The notes under the pieces were generated by a model, which did no database searches, was not told the DNA's origin, and saw only the letters and a list, made by a program, of their open reading frames with translations. Below are positions 9,033-18,270 of a DNA stretch of 64,000 nucleotides, piece by piece. This DNA comes from Gemmatimonadales bacterium (GTDB lineage: Bacteria; Gemmatimonadota; Gemmatimonadetes; Gemmatimonadales; GWC2-71-9): contig JBBCJC010000001.1 in NCBI GenBank assembly GCA_037189525.1, forward strand, positions 96,001-160,000. The letters run 5' to 3'. The number at the start of each line of letters is the position of its first letter. The stretch's first letter is position 1. A program made the position numbers and the translations under genes.

Positions 9033-10640
9033 TCAGTCGAGTGAGGCGACGAAGCGCCTGATCCCCTCCAATACCTCCGCACGGTTCGACACGAACAGAC
9101 TGTGATCGCCTGAGAGCGGCACAACCTTGCCGCCTCTCGCGAACCCCTCGAACCACCGGGCGTGCCGGTCGAAGCGTTCGCGGGCGCGGAGGTACAAGGT
9201 ATCGACCCGCACCCGAATCGTCGCGTCACTCATGTCATACCACGGCCGCACCAGGTCGGCAGACGACGCGGGCACGGCGTACAACGCGAGTGCCGGCACA
9301 CGCACGGGCTCGGGATGGTAGCTCGACCAGATCTCTTTGAGCACCGCCGTGTATCCCTGCTGCACCGACGGATCGGGCGCCCGTGGCCCCGCCACACTCC
9401 CGTCCGGATTCACCACATAGCGGTTACGCAGCTCCGCATCCGGGAGAACGGCGGCACCGTTCCGCGACAGATATCCCTCGAGCGCGGCCAACGAGCCAAG
9501 ATCCTCGGGTCCCGGTCGCGGCATCCGCGGTAGTGCGGCGAAGACGGCGTCATAGTCCTCCGACCCGTCGGCCCGATTGAATGCGGCATCGATGTAGACG
9601 ACACCACGGATCGCATCCGCGTACCGTGCACCCAGAACGTGAAGTTCCTCACCCGCAATCGAGTGGCCGATCAGCACCGGACGCTCGAGTTCGAGAGAGC
9701 GGATCACCCGCATCACATCCGCTGCCAGGAGATCGAAGCCGTACCCGGCGGGAGAGAGCGACGATCGGCCATGCCCGCGTCTCGTGACACCGTATACGCG
9801 ATAGTCGCGCGCAAGTTCGGGCGCGAAGTCGTCGAAGCTGTGCGCCGTGCCACCGAGGCCGGCCAGCAGCACGAGAGCCTGCCCCGAGCCGCCCCAGTCC
9901 AGGACCTCGAGTCGCACGCCGTCGTCCACTTCGATGAAGCTCGACGAATGAGGCGACCGGTCGCCGTCTTGACCCTGCGCCCAAAGCGGAAACAGGAGCA
10001 GCGAGACCGACAGCAGCGAAGCCACCAGTACAGCGCGAAACACAAACCGAAGCCAGTTCGCCGGATGACGCGGCTCGAGCCACGGCCAGATCATCAGACG
10101 ATCACCGACGCGAACGTGGAGCGATGCCAGGTATGCAGCCGCGAACAGCAGGGTACTTCCAAACAGCAGCGGTGTTGCGGCCTCGGCGGGAAGGAGCACA
10201 TCGAACACGGCAAGGGCGCCGAGCCCTGCGAACACCAGTGCCGCCGAGACTTCGAGGCGCTCCAGCCGCTGGAGTTGCCGCCGATCCATGCGAACCAGCC
10301 GCGACCCGAGGAAGAGGGTTCGGACCCAGCCCGGCTGACGTTTCCATTCCTCGGACGATTTCGCTCGGGCCGGCTCCGTCGGCGACGCGTTATCGGCACG
10401 TGAGAGGACCGAAGTCAACTCAGGCGGGGATTCCTGCATCGTTGCCAGGCGAAGATCGGCGGGAGACATCTCGTACGCGGCCGCGATGGCTCGGACCGAG
10501 TCGTAGGATGCGACTCCGGTCGCCTCGATACGCTGCACCGTCCGTAAGCCCAGCCTGGCGACCATCGCCAAATGCTCCTGGCTCCAGGCGCGCTTCTCAC
10601 GTTCGGCCCGTATCAGCGCCGAGTTGACGTGCATGTCCAT
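9033..10640 (-). CDS. XRE-HTH / membrane segment / alpha-beta hydrolase fusion protein
   Basis: N-terminal IRAEREKRAWSQEHLA..LGLRTVQRIE (XRE HTH); hydrophobic middle; C-terminal LEVLDWGG..RRGHGRS..IGHSIAG..GDH hydrolase. Confidence 0.7.
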   Translation of the reverse strand: MDMHVNSALIRAEREKRAWSQEHLAMVARLGLRTVQRIEATGVASYDSVRAIAAAYEMSPADLRLATMQESPPELTSVLSRADNASPTEPARAKSSEEWKRQPGWVRTLFLGSRLVRMDRRQLQRLERLEVSAALVFAGLGALAVFDVLLPAEAATPLLFGSTLLFAAAYLASLHVRVGDRLMIWPWLEPRHPANWLRFVFRAVLVASLLSVSLLLFPLWAQGQDGDRSPHSSSFIEVDDGVRLEVLDWGGSGQALVLLAGLGGTAHSFDDFAPELARDYRVYGVTRRGHGRSSLSPAGYGFDLLAADVMRVIRSLELERPVLIGHSIAGEELHVLGARYADAIRGVVYIDAAFNRADGSEDYDAVFAALPRMPRPGPEDLGSLAALEGYLSRNGAAVLPDAELRNRYVVNPDGSVAGPRAPDPSVQQGYTAVLKEIWSSYHPEPVRVPALALYAVPASSADLVRPWYDMSDATIRVRVDTLYLRARERFDRHARWFEGFARGGKVVPLSGDHSLFVSNRAEVLEGIRRFVASLD

Positions 10641-10787
10641 TGCTCCGCTATCCCATATTCGTGGTAATCACCAACATGGGATGAGACGTCGATTTGTCTA
10701 TGGCATTGTTACGCCGTGATACCGCCAGTTGCCCGCCACGTCTGCGCATCGGCATGGATCCGGCGCCCGCGCTCAGCAGGAGCCCGC

Positions 10788-11741
10788 TCAGATCTCCCAG
10801 TTCGACAGGACGATCCCTTCCGCCGGTCTCTGCTCGGGGCAGTCTCCGAGCGACATCCGGAGGTCCGTCCAGTGGGTCCGGAACCCGAGTTCGAGCAGGA
10901 TATCGTACGCCTCGACCAGCGCGGTCTGGCACCGCACCCCGATCCGATGGACGCCGCGCACCGTCGCTGCCACCATGATGCCGTCAATGACGCGACGCAG
11001 CGCCCCCGCATCGACCGCCGCCAGCTTGAGGACCCGGATTTCTTCCGCCGGCCGGCCCTGAGCCAACGGAACATGGTGCCAGAGCGCAAACGCCGACCAC
11101 TCTCCGCCGTCCGCAACGACCGACACGTCACCGATCCCCTGCCCCAGCGTCTCATCGATCTCACGTGAGAAATCGACCCCCGGCGCCAGGCGATCGAAGA
11201 GGCGACGCCCTTCCGCCCTCCAGAGATCGGGCGGGCCGAGCTCCCGGCCTGTGAGCACCGGCACGCCGGCGCCGCGCGGAATCGCCAGCTGCATCGAGAT
11301 GGTCAGATGGCCAGGTCGAAAGCCGAGCCGACTGTAGAAGCCGATGTTGTCGACGGTGCGCGGCATGGTCTCGAGTCCGATGACCCGGCAGCCGCGCTCG
11401 CGGAGGTATTCGATCCCGGCCCGCACGATGCGGCGACCAACACCGCCTCGCTGCAGGTCGGAACGCACGGCCAGCGGCCCCATCCACCCTTCGATGCCTG
11501 ATACGTGCGCAATATTGAAGGCCGCGATCTCCCCGGCCTGATCGCGCCATTGCATGGCGCCGTCGCCCGCCACGGCCAGGGCATACCGCCAGATGGCGGG
11601 ATTGAGGGGCGGCACGCGCACGCCGGTCATCCCGTCCCGATGATATCGTTCGGTAAAGGCATCCGAGAACAGCAGATTGAGGTCGTCGATATCCTCGACC
11701 CGGAGCGGCATCGGCCCCGTCACACGATCACGCCGCGGCAT
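10788..11741 (-). CDS. GNAT-family N-acetyltransferase (probably tandem GNAT)
   Basis: GPLAVRSDLQRGGVGRRI acetyl-CoA motif A; NIGFYSRLGF; start overlaps the 3' end of rad50. Confidence 0.85.
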   Translation of the reverse strand: MPRRDRVTGPMPLRVEDIDDLNLLFSDAFTERYHRDGMTGVRVPPLNPAIWRYALAVAGDGAMQWRDQAGEIAAFNIAHVSGIEGWMGPLAVRSDLQRGGVGRRIVRAGIEYLRERGCRVIGLETMPRTVDNIGFYSRLGFRPGHLTISMQLAIPRGAGVPVLTGRELGPPDLWRAEGRRLFDRLAPGVDFSREIDETLGQGIGDVSVVADGGEWSAFALWHHVPLAQGRPAEEIRVLKLAAVDAGALRRVIDGIMVAATVRGVHRIGVRCQTALVEAYDILLELGFRTHWTDLRMSLGDCPEQRPAEGIVLSNWEI

Positions 11742-14157
11742 GGGACATCCCCGATCGCTGCGGATCCTCTTCTCGAGCCGATGCTATCCCCGACTCGACA
11801 TCGTAATCGATCCGGATGATCCGATCGAAATTGTCCCGGACCGACTCGATGTGGGTAATCAGAATGACCTGCGGGAATCGATCGGCCAGACCGCGCAACA
11901 GATCCATCACGGCATTGCGCCGTTCCTCGTCGAGCGACCCAAACACTTCATCGAGGATCAAGAGAGAAAACGGCTGTCCCGCCCGCTCCGCAATCATCTG
12001 GCTGATGGCCAGCCGGAGCGCCAGGTTGGTAACGTCCTCTTCACCGCCCGAAATGACCTGCTTGGGTTCGCCATCATCGACGATGGTGGCCAGGTAATCT
12101 TCGTCGAGCTCCAGATCGGTGTAACGGCCGTTGGTCAGGTCACGCAACAGGGTCGACGCAGCGTCCGCCAGGTCCGGACGCAAGGCGGCATTGAGGTCGT
12201 CCCGCAATTCACTGAAGGCACGATCCAGTTCCTGGTTCATCGCCAGCTCGTTGCGCAACCGCTCCGCCTCGGCCAGACGCCGATCGCGCTCTTCACGCCG
12301 CCGGGCCAGTGCCGCCCGCTGCTCCAGCGCCGCGGCATGTTCAGCCTGCGATCGGACCAGCGCCAGGTGGGCATCGCGCGCTTCCCGCTCACCCGCCTGA
12401 AACGACTCCTTGAGCGCCGCAAAGGCCTCGGCCGACCAGCCCAGCGCCGACAGCTTGTCCCGGAGATCCTGAACCGCCGATTCGAGCTGGCTCAGGTGCT
12501 GCTCCGCCGCAGTGGCCTTCTGGACCAGTTCCGGCGCCCGATCCGCCCGAGCGCCGATCCGCATCATCTCGTCCCGAAGCGGCGCAAGCTCCGCAACACG
12601 GGCGCGCACCCGGCCGTGCTCCGCTTCGTCGTACGACGACGGCGTCGCGGCCAACCGGGCCTCGAGCCCCGCGAGCCGTTCCCGCTGCGCCACCAGCGCC
12701 GCCTCGGTCCGCGCCCGCTCGGCCACCGCCTCCGTCATCCGGCCGACCCCGGCAGTCAATCGCTTGAGTTCCGCCTCGGCCTGCTCCAGCACCCGCTTGG
12801 CCGCCGCCACGCCGTCGGGCTCGCGCGCGAGCTGTTCGATCCGGGCCCGATAGTGCTTGCCGTCGCCTCGGATGTCGGCCAGACGCCCTTCCAGATCATC
12901 GAGTACGCCGCCGTACTCCGCACCGAGCGGTTTGCCGCAAGTCGGGCAAATGCCGGCGGCACCGGCTGCTTCAAGCCGCGCCTTCTGCTCCGCCACCTCT
13001 TCGTACTCGTTGAGCAGCCCCTTCCGCATGGTCTCGGCGTCCTGCTTTTCGCGGACCCACTCGGTCCGCTGCTCCTCGAACGCATGCGCCGCCTGGTGCG
13101 CACTTTCCTGCAAAGTCGCCAATTCGAGCCGAACCGCATCGAGACGGGCCTGATCGGGGAGTTCGCTCAATCGCGCCTCCTGGCCCGCCAGGAGCTTGCG
13201 GATCTCGGCCGCCTGCGCATCCAGCGCGCGCCGCTCGGAGAACGCCGAGGCCGCCCGCTCGAGCTCGTCGCGTCGGGTCACCAGCGTATCCCATTCGGCC
13301 AGCCGAGGCGCCAGTTCGTCCCGCTTGGCGCTGGCCGCAAGCGCCTCGGCCAGATCCCGATCGATCGCTTCGCAGGCGCGTTTCGCCTCGACCGCGGCAT
13401 GTTCGGCAATGCTCAGGTCAGCCTGAATGGCCGCAACCTCATCACGGCGGCGCTGAGCCTCCTCCCATTCGGGCGCCAGCGAGGCCAGCACGGCATCGGC
13501 GGTCTCGCGCCGGGACCCCGCCGTGCCCAGCGCCGTGCTCGCTGCGGTGACCCGCGCTTCGATCTCCGCCGCCTCGCGGTCGAGTTCCGCCAGGTCGCCC
13601 AGGGCCGACTCCGCCACGCCTAACGCCCCCCGAAGACCGGTTCGCTCATCACGTAGCGTCAACTGGACCGTGGCCAGCCGCTCGTACCCGAGCACCCGGC
13701 TCAGGAACTTGGCGCGCTCGGGCGCCGACATCGCCGCCATGATGGCGAGTTCTTTCTGCCCCGTGAAATAGGTATTGAAGAACTCTGCTCGCGTCATGCC
13801 GAGCAGGCGGGTGATCTTGTCCGTGACGGCGGGACCGCTGTTGGCGATCGGCGCGGGACCGCCATCCTGATAGAGGGCCGCCGTCTGCAGCGAGCGCACC
13901 ATCCGGTAGGTGTGAGCCCCGATCGCGATCTCGAGTTCGACTTCCACCCGGGAGCGCGGCGGCGCGTTCCGGCGCCGGATACTGTCCCGGGTGCCTCGCG
14001 CCGCCTGGGTGCCGTACATCGCCCAGGCTACCGCCTCGAGCAGCGTGGATTTCCCCGCGCCGTTCGGTCCGATGATCCCGGTCAGGCCCGAATCGAAGTC
14101 GAGCGTGGTATCGGCATGCTGCCGGAAATTGAGCAGGCGGAGACGGCGGATCTGCAT
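11728..14157 (-). CDS. sbcC: Rad50/SbcC SMC-family ATPase
   Basis: MQIRRLRLLNF start; Walker A GPNGAGKST; coiled coil with zinc hook CPTCG; signature SGGE; Walker B LILDEVFGSLD; ITH. Confidence 0.93.
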   Translation of the reverse strand: MQIRRLRLLNFRQHADTTLDFDSGLTGIIGPNGAGKSTLLEAVAWAMYGTQAARGTRDSIRRRNAPPRSRVEVELEIAIGAHTYRMVRSLQTAALYQDGGPAPIANSGPAVTDKITRLLGMTRAEFFNTYFTGQKELAIMAAMSAPERAKFLSRVLGYERLATVQLTLRDERTGLRGALGVAESALGDLAELDREAAEIEARVTAASTALGTAGSRRETADAVLASLAPEWEEAQRRRDEVAAIQADLSIAEHAAVEAKRACEAIDRDLAEALAASAKRDELAPRLAEWDTLVTRRDELERAASAFSERRALDAQAAEIRKLLAGQEARLSELPDQARLDAVRLELATLQESAHQAAHAFEEQRTEWVREKQDAETMRKGLLNEYEEVAEQKARLEAAGAAGICPTCGKPLGAEYGGVLDDLEGRLADIRGDGKHYRARIEQLAREPDGVAAAKRVLEQAEAELKRLTAGVGRMTEAVAERARTEAALVAQRERLAGLEARLAATPSSYDEAEHGRVRARVAELAPLRDEMMRIGARADRAPELVQKATAAEQHLSQLESAVQDLRDKLSALGWSAEAFAALKESFQAGEREARDAHLALVRSQAEHAAALEQRAALARRREERDRRLAEAERLRNELAMNQELDRAFSELRDDLNAALRPDLADAASTLLRDLTNGRYTDLELDEDYLATIVDDGEPKQVISGGEEDVTNLALRLAISQMIAERAGQPFSLLILDEVFGSLDEERRNAVMDLLRGLADRFPQVILITHIESVRDNFDRIIRIDYDVESGIASAREEDPQRSGMSHAAA

Positions 14158-15335
14158 CAGCCCTCCGACTCCGCCGTCGAGACCGCGTCGAGCATCGCGG
14201 TGCCGCGCGTTACGAACGCATCCCGGTCGACCCGTTCCGGCAACGGCCGGCGGGCAAGAAAGCTGCGCAGCACGTCCGTCAACGTCTGCCGCGCGCCGGG
14301 TGCGCCAACCCCGACCGTGCGATGGACATCGGGTCGCCGCAGATCGAGGCGAAAGTGCAGCGCGGTGGCCTTGGCCGCCCGAATCGCCGCGTGATCCAGC
14401 TCCCGGGCGACATACCGCGGCACGTCCCGCACGACGAGGCGGACCAGCTGGTCGGCAAACCCGCCGCGAATACCGGCCAACCGCTCCTGAATGGCGCGAT
14501 CGATTTCCGATGCCGCCAGATCCCGGGCTTCGATCGGCGGCAAGTCGATCAAGCGCCGAGCAGGCTCGAGGTACTGGGGCATGACCTGGCGGGTTTCGAG
14601 GTCGACCAGGAGCCACCCCTTGGCGGGCACCTTGTGCGCCTTCTGCTTGGCCAGCTCGCCCCAGGGGTTCGGGGTGACATAATCGAGCGCCCCCGAATAC
14701 CAGGCATGTCGCCCCACCTGCAACATGACGTGATAGTGACCGAGCGCGACATGACTCCACCGTGGATCGGCAAACTCGCTCGGATCGACGGCCGCCCCGC
14801 CCGGTTCGGCCCACCAGCGATCGAGCGGGTCGAGATCGGGGGTGTCGCCGTGCAGCACGAGCACGTGGTACTTGAAATCGCCCTCCGGATCGAGCCGCGG
14901 CCGGTCATCCGCGACCAGCGCGGCGTGGGGGACGAGTTTGACCGCGAGATCCAGATCGGGATACGGGACGACGACGGCATCGTCCGTGGCCACCTCGATG
15001 CCCAGACCCGAGAAAAGTTTGAGGATCGACCCCGTCTCGGTGGCCCGAGGCGTATCGTGGTTGCCGGCCGCGATCAGTACCTTGGTCGCCGGCAAGGCCT
15101 CGCGGATCCGCTGGAACTGCCGGAAACAGTGGATAATGGCCTGATTGGTCGGGCGGACCGCGTGGAAGAGGTCGCCGGCGACGACGATGACGTCGGGCCG
15201 CTTGGCAATGACCTGATCGACGGCCTGGACGAAGGCACGCGCGACATCGGCCTCTCGCTGGTTGATACCCGCAGCGGTTTGGCGGTAATACTGGCGGTAG
15301 CCGAGATGCAGATCGGCGAGGTGAGCGAGCAGCAC
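14157..15335 (-). CDS. sbcD: Mre11/SbcD metallophosphoesterase nuclease
   Basis: HLADLHLG, AGDLFH, GNHD, VLHG, LGHYH motifs; stop overlaps rad50 start. Confidence 0.93.
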   Translation of the reverse strand: MLLAHLADLHLGYRQYYRQTAAGINQREADVARAFVQAVDQVIAKRPDVIVVAGDLFHAVRPTNQAIIHCFRQFQRIREALPATKVLIAAGNHDTPRATETGSILKLFSGLGIEVATDDAVVVPYPDLDLAVKLVPHAALVADDRPRLDPEGDFKYHVLVLHGDTPDLDPLDRWWAEPGGAAVDPSEFADPRWSHVALGHYHVMLQVGRHAWYSGALDYVTPNPWGELAKQKAHKVPAKGWLLVDLETRQVMPQYLEPARRLIDLPPIEARDLAASEIDRAIQERLAGIRGGFADQLVRLVVRDVPRYVARELDHAAIRAAKATALHFRLDLRRPDVHRTVGVGAPGARQTLTDVLRSFLARRPLPERVDRDAFVTRGTAMLDAVSTAESEG

Positions 15336-15340
15336 GGTCT

Positions 15341-15346
15341 AATCTA
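15341..15346 (-). promoter_or_regulatory. Putative -10 element for a leaderless mre11-rad50-GNAT transcript
   Basis: Minus strand reads TAGATT-AGACC-GTG(15335); no SD sequence. Confidence 0.4.
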
Positions 15347-15433
15347 GCCCAAGTGCCGGGTTACGGTCACCTCGTTCGGACGGAAACGGCGGGAGACCGG
15401 ACCACCCCTCGAGCGGGCGGATCCGGCAGGCAA

Positions 15434-17347
15434 TCAGGCATAGGGATCGTCGACGCTTTTGAGCCGGGTCACGCCACCATCGGTCGGCGCCACCGAACGG
15501 GTCCGCACTTCCCGCCCTAGACATTTGATGAAGAACGCCACCACGTCTCCCGGCCGGTTGCGGATGGTGGCATGCAACGCCCGCACCACGTCGTCCTCCG
15601 CCCGGCCGGCAATCAGATCTTTGATCCGGTTGCCAGGCAGACCCGAATCGAGGGCCCGGAGCCGGCGCACCACCGCATCTTCGAACGGAACCTCGGGTTC
15701 CGGCGGATAGCGATCGATGCCCTCTCGGCCCGAGAGCACCGAGGGTCGCGGAAAGCGGAGAAAAATCGGCTGCGTGAAGTGCGGGTGACGGATCATTAGC
15801 TCACCCTTGGGCAGCGCGGCCAGCTTGGCCTTGATGGCCGGCGAGAGGATGCCGTACCCGGGGGTCGCGAGCTCGTCGGCATCGAGTCGTCCGTAGACCG
15901 CGGTACCCGCGTTGCCGACAACCCGCTTGTGCACCTGGGATCGGAATTGCTGCGCCGAGAAGAGCACGAGGCCGAGATACCGACCCCGCTCGGAAAGGTC
16001 GAGCAGCATCTTCCGAACGTAGGTGTCGGGCCCTTCCTGCGGAGCGTACTTGTTCAGCTCATCGACGAAGACCGCGACATGTTCGACGCCCAGGTCCCGG
16101 CGCTCCAGGTGTTCGCGCAACTTGGAAACGATCCGCGCAAAAACCAGATCCTGCGCCAGCGGGTCGAGACCGGCGACGTCGACCACATAGACCGTCCGGT
16201 CGCCGAACTCGCCCCAGGGAAGATCGTTGACTTCACCGTTGTCGGTGACCAGGCCTTTGGAGCGGGTGCTGATGTTGCCGAGCCGGTTGCGGATCTTCCG
16301 GATGGTGGCGACGTGATGGGTGCGCCAGATCTCGCCACCCCGCGAGAGTTCCAGAAACTGGAAGATCGACTTGAAGAAGTCCTCCAGCTCCGCAAAGCTG
16401 CGCACCGAGAACGTCTTGCCCGACAGCTCGTCGTGAAATTCCTTCCCGACCACCCGTTCGGCCAGGAAGTCGATGAAGCCGTCGGCCTTGGCGTCGATGT
16501 CGTCGCGATTGAGCAGCACTTCGGTGTAGTCGAGCACCTCGCGCAGACCCCAGACCAGCGGCTCGGTCGGGACCAGCTCCTGGTTGGTCCGCAGCGTATT
16601 GAGATTGACGCCGTCGTTCTTGAACGGGGCAAAGTACCGCACCTTACCGAACGGGGCCGGCTCGAGGCCGAGCCGCTGATAAAGGCGGCGATCTTCGTCG
16701 TCGAGGGTGCCCTGCCGGTCGAGGAAGAGGAGGTCAGGCCCCTTCACATTGAAGCAGAGCGCCGCGACCCGTCCCTTGTGCGCCGGAAACTGCTGGAAGA
16801 TCGAGGTGAGGAAGAACTCGACCGCCGAGGTCTTGGTGGCCAAACCGGAGACGCCCGTAATGTTGAGATGCGCAGCTTCCGGGCCGAGCAGGAAGTCGGC
16901 GTCGAGATAGACCGGGGCTTCGAGACCGCCGGCTGCGTAGACCCCGACCGGCACCCCGGTCGGCTTGTCGCCGCCGATGTAGGCGTCCATCCGGAGCGCA
17001 AAGGCCACGTCCGCATCCGAGGCGAGATGGACTTCGCCCAGCGGCACCGCCTGGAGCGGCTCCTCGGGCTCGTGGCGCAGCACGGCGGTCTGGAAAAGGC
17101 GGATCTCGCTCCGCTCGCTGGGCTCGACCGGGCTGTTGGGATCGCCGTCGGCGCCGTAGACCGCGTCCATGGGCGTGGCCAGGTCCGAATAGGCAAACGC
17201 ATCGGTCACCACCCCATAGACCGTGCGTCCCGGCGACTCGACCCGGACGATGGAACCGATGCCCACGGCCGTGTCCCGCGCCGTCCAGAACAGGAACTGA
17301 TGGGGCGTACTCGGCTTGAGTTCCGTCGCAACGACGCGTCCGATCAT
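15434..17347 (-). CDS. herA: HerA-family (FtsK/HerA) ATPase/helicase
   Basis: N-terminal HAS-barrel-like IGRVVA..FW..VGIGSIVRV; variant Walker A GVSGLATKTS; Walker B VFVDELNKYAP; ERGRYLGLVLFSAQQ. Confidence 0.85.
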   Translation of the reverse strand: MIGRVVATELKPSTPHQFLFWTARDTAVGIGSIVRVESPGRTVYGVVTDAFAYSDLATPMDAVYGADGDPNSPVEPSERSEIRLFQTAVLRHEPEEPLQAVPLGEVHLASDADVAFALRMDAYIGGDKPTGVPVGVYAAGGLEAPVYLDADFLLGPEAAHLNITGVSGLATKTSAVEFFLTSIFQQFPAHKGRVAALCFNVKGPDLLFLDRQGTLDDEDRRLYQRLGLEPAPFGKVRYFAPFKNDGVNLNTLRTNQELVPTEPLVWGLREVLDYTEVLLNRDDIDAKADGFIDFLAERVVGKEFHDELSGKTFSVRSFAELEDFFKSIFQFLELSRGGEIWRTHHVATIRKIRNRLGNISTRSKGLVTDNGEVNDLPWGEFGDRTVYVVDVAGLDPLAQDLVFARIVSKLREHLERRDLGVEHVAVFVDELNKYAPQEGPDTYVRKMLLDLSERGRYLGLVLFSAQQFRSQVHKRVVGNAGTAVYGRLDADELATPGYGILSPAIKAKLAALPKGELMIRHPHFTQPIFLRFPRPSVLSGREGIDRYPPEPEVPFEDAVVRRLRALDSGLPGNRIKDLIAGRAEDDVVRALHATIRNRPGDVVAFFIKCLGREVRTRSVAPTDGGVTRLKSVDDPYA

Positions 17348-18270
17348 CGCGCCCTCAAATGGCGTTCGACCTGGGCCACGCCGTACAGCAGCCGATCCCA
17401 CCGCGCATCCGGCCGGGCCAGCGGCGCCCGCTCGGCGAGCAACCAGGACGAAATCCGATCGGCGCGCAGGGTCGGATCGCCATGCGCAGCAACTTCGATG
17501 CGCACCAGGCCGTGGAAGAGGTCCTTGCCCTCGTGCGGCCAGAGCCTGAGCGCCCAGGAATGCACCGGCGCCGGGTGGTTCCCCGTCGCCTGAAAGACAC
17601 TGGTCCGATGACCGCGCGGCAGCGTGAGATAGGTGGTGACACTGGCCCGCTCCTCGAACGGGAGCGTGGCGTGGCTCTTGGAGACGCCGATCATCTGCGG
17701 ATCGGCGGCTAGCGTCATGTCGGGCAAGACTCCGTCGATGACGAGCCAGTCTGCGTTGTCACGCCGAAATGCCGCCGCGACCTGCCGCTCCAGCATACTG
17801 CGATGGAAGTCGACCGACTTGTGGATCAGTTCGAGTTCCTGGAGCGGATGCTCGGGCCCATCGAGGTCCAATTCGACGGGGCGCCACTCGGGCAACCGGC
17901 CTCTGAAAGCGACGAGCGCCTCGGGGCTCCCGATCAGGTAGCGGCCCGCGTCGTGCGCGACGGTGCGAAACCGTCCGTCCACCCGCAATCGCACGGCGGC
18001 GCCGACCACCGCCGCCGCGACCGGCGCGGTCCCGACATAGCCGACGACCTCGTACCGCTGCGTCCCATCCAGAAAGGCCAGCGGCTCTGGGCACGGAGTC
18101 CGGATCACCTCATACGTAGCTAGCGTAGAACCTTCGACCAGAGTCGACTGGACCCGGTGGTAGGCATCGGGTCGCCCCTCGACGGCCGGCGGCATGGTCG
18201 AGGCCGCGACGACGCCGGGGGTACCATCGACCGCCCGGCGCACTCGTGCAAAGAGGAGCCGCGTGCTCAC
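17344..18270 (-). CDS. NurA-like (RNase H fold) nuclease
   Basis: LAFLDGTQR, LERQVA, WLVIDGVL, IGVSKSH acidic motifs; ATGA overlap with herA. Confidence 0.65.
   Translation of the reverse strand: MSTRLLFARVRRAVDGTPGVVAASTMPPAVEGRPDAYHRVQSTLVEGSTLATYEVIRTPCPEPLAFLDGTQRYEVVGYVGTAPVAAAVVGAAVRLRVDGRFRTVAHDAGRYLIGSPEALVAFRGRLPEWRPVELDLDGPEHPLQELELIHKSVDFHRSMLERQVAAAFRRDNADWLVIDGVLPDMTLAADPQMIGVSKSHATLPFEERASVTTYLTLPRGHRTSVFQATGNHPAPVHSWALRLWPHEGKDLFHGLVRIEVAAHGDPTLRADRISSWLLAERAPLARPDARWDRLLYGVAQVERHLRAR

Noticed and set aside
14158..14814. 219-aa N-terminal extension of the Rad50 ORF in the track
   Set aside because: Overlaps mre11 in another frame and is low-complexity Arg/Gly/Ala; the real start is MQIRRL at 14157
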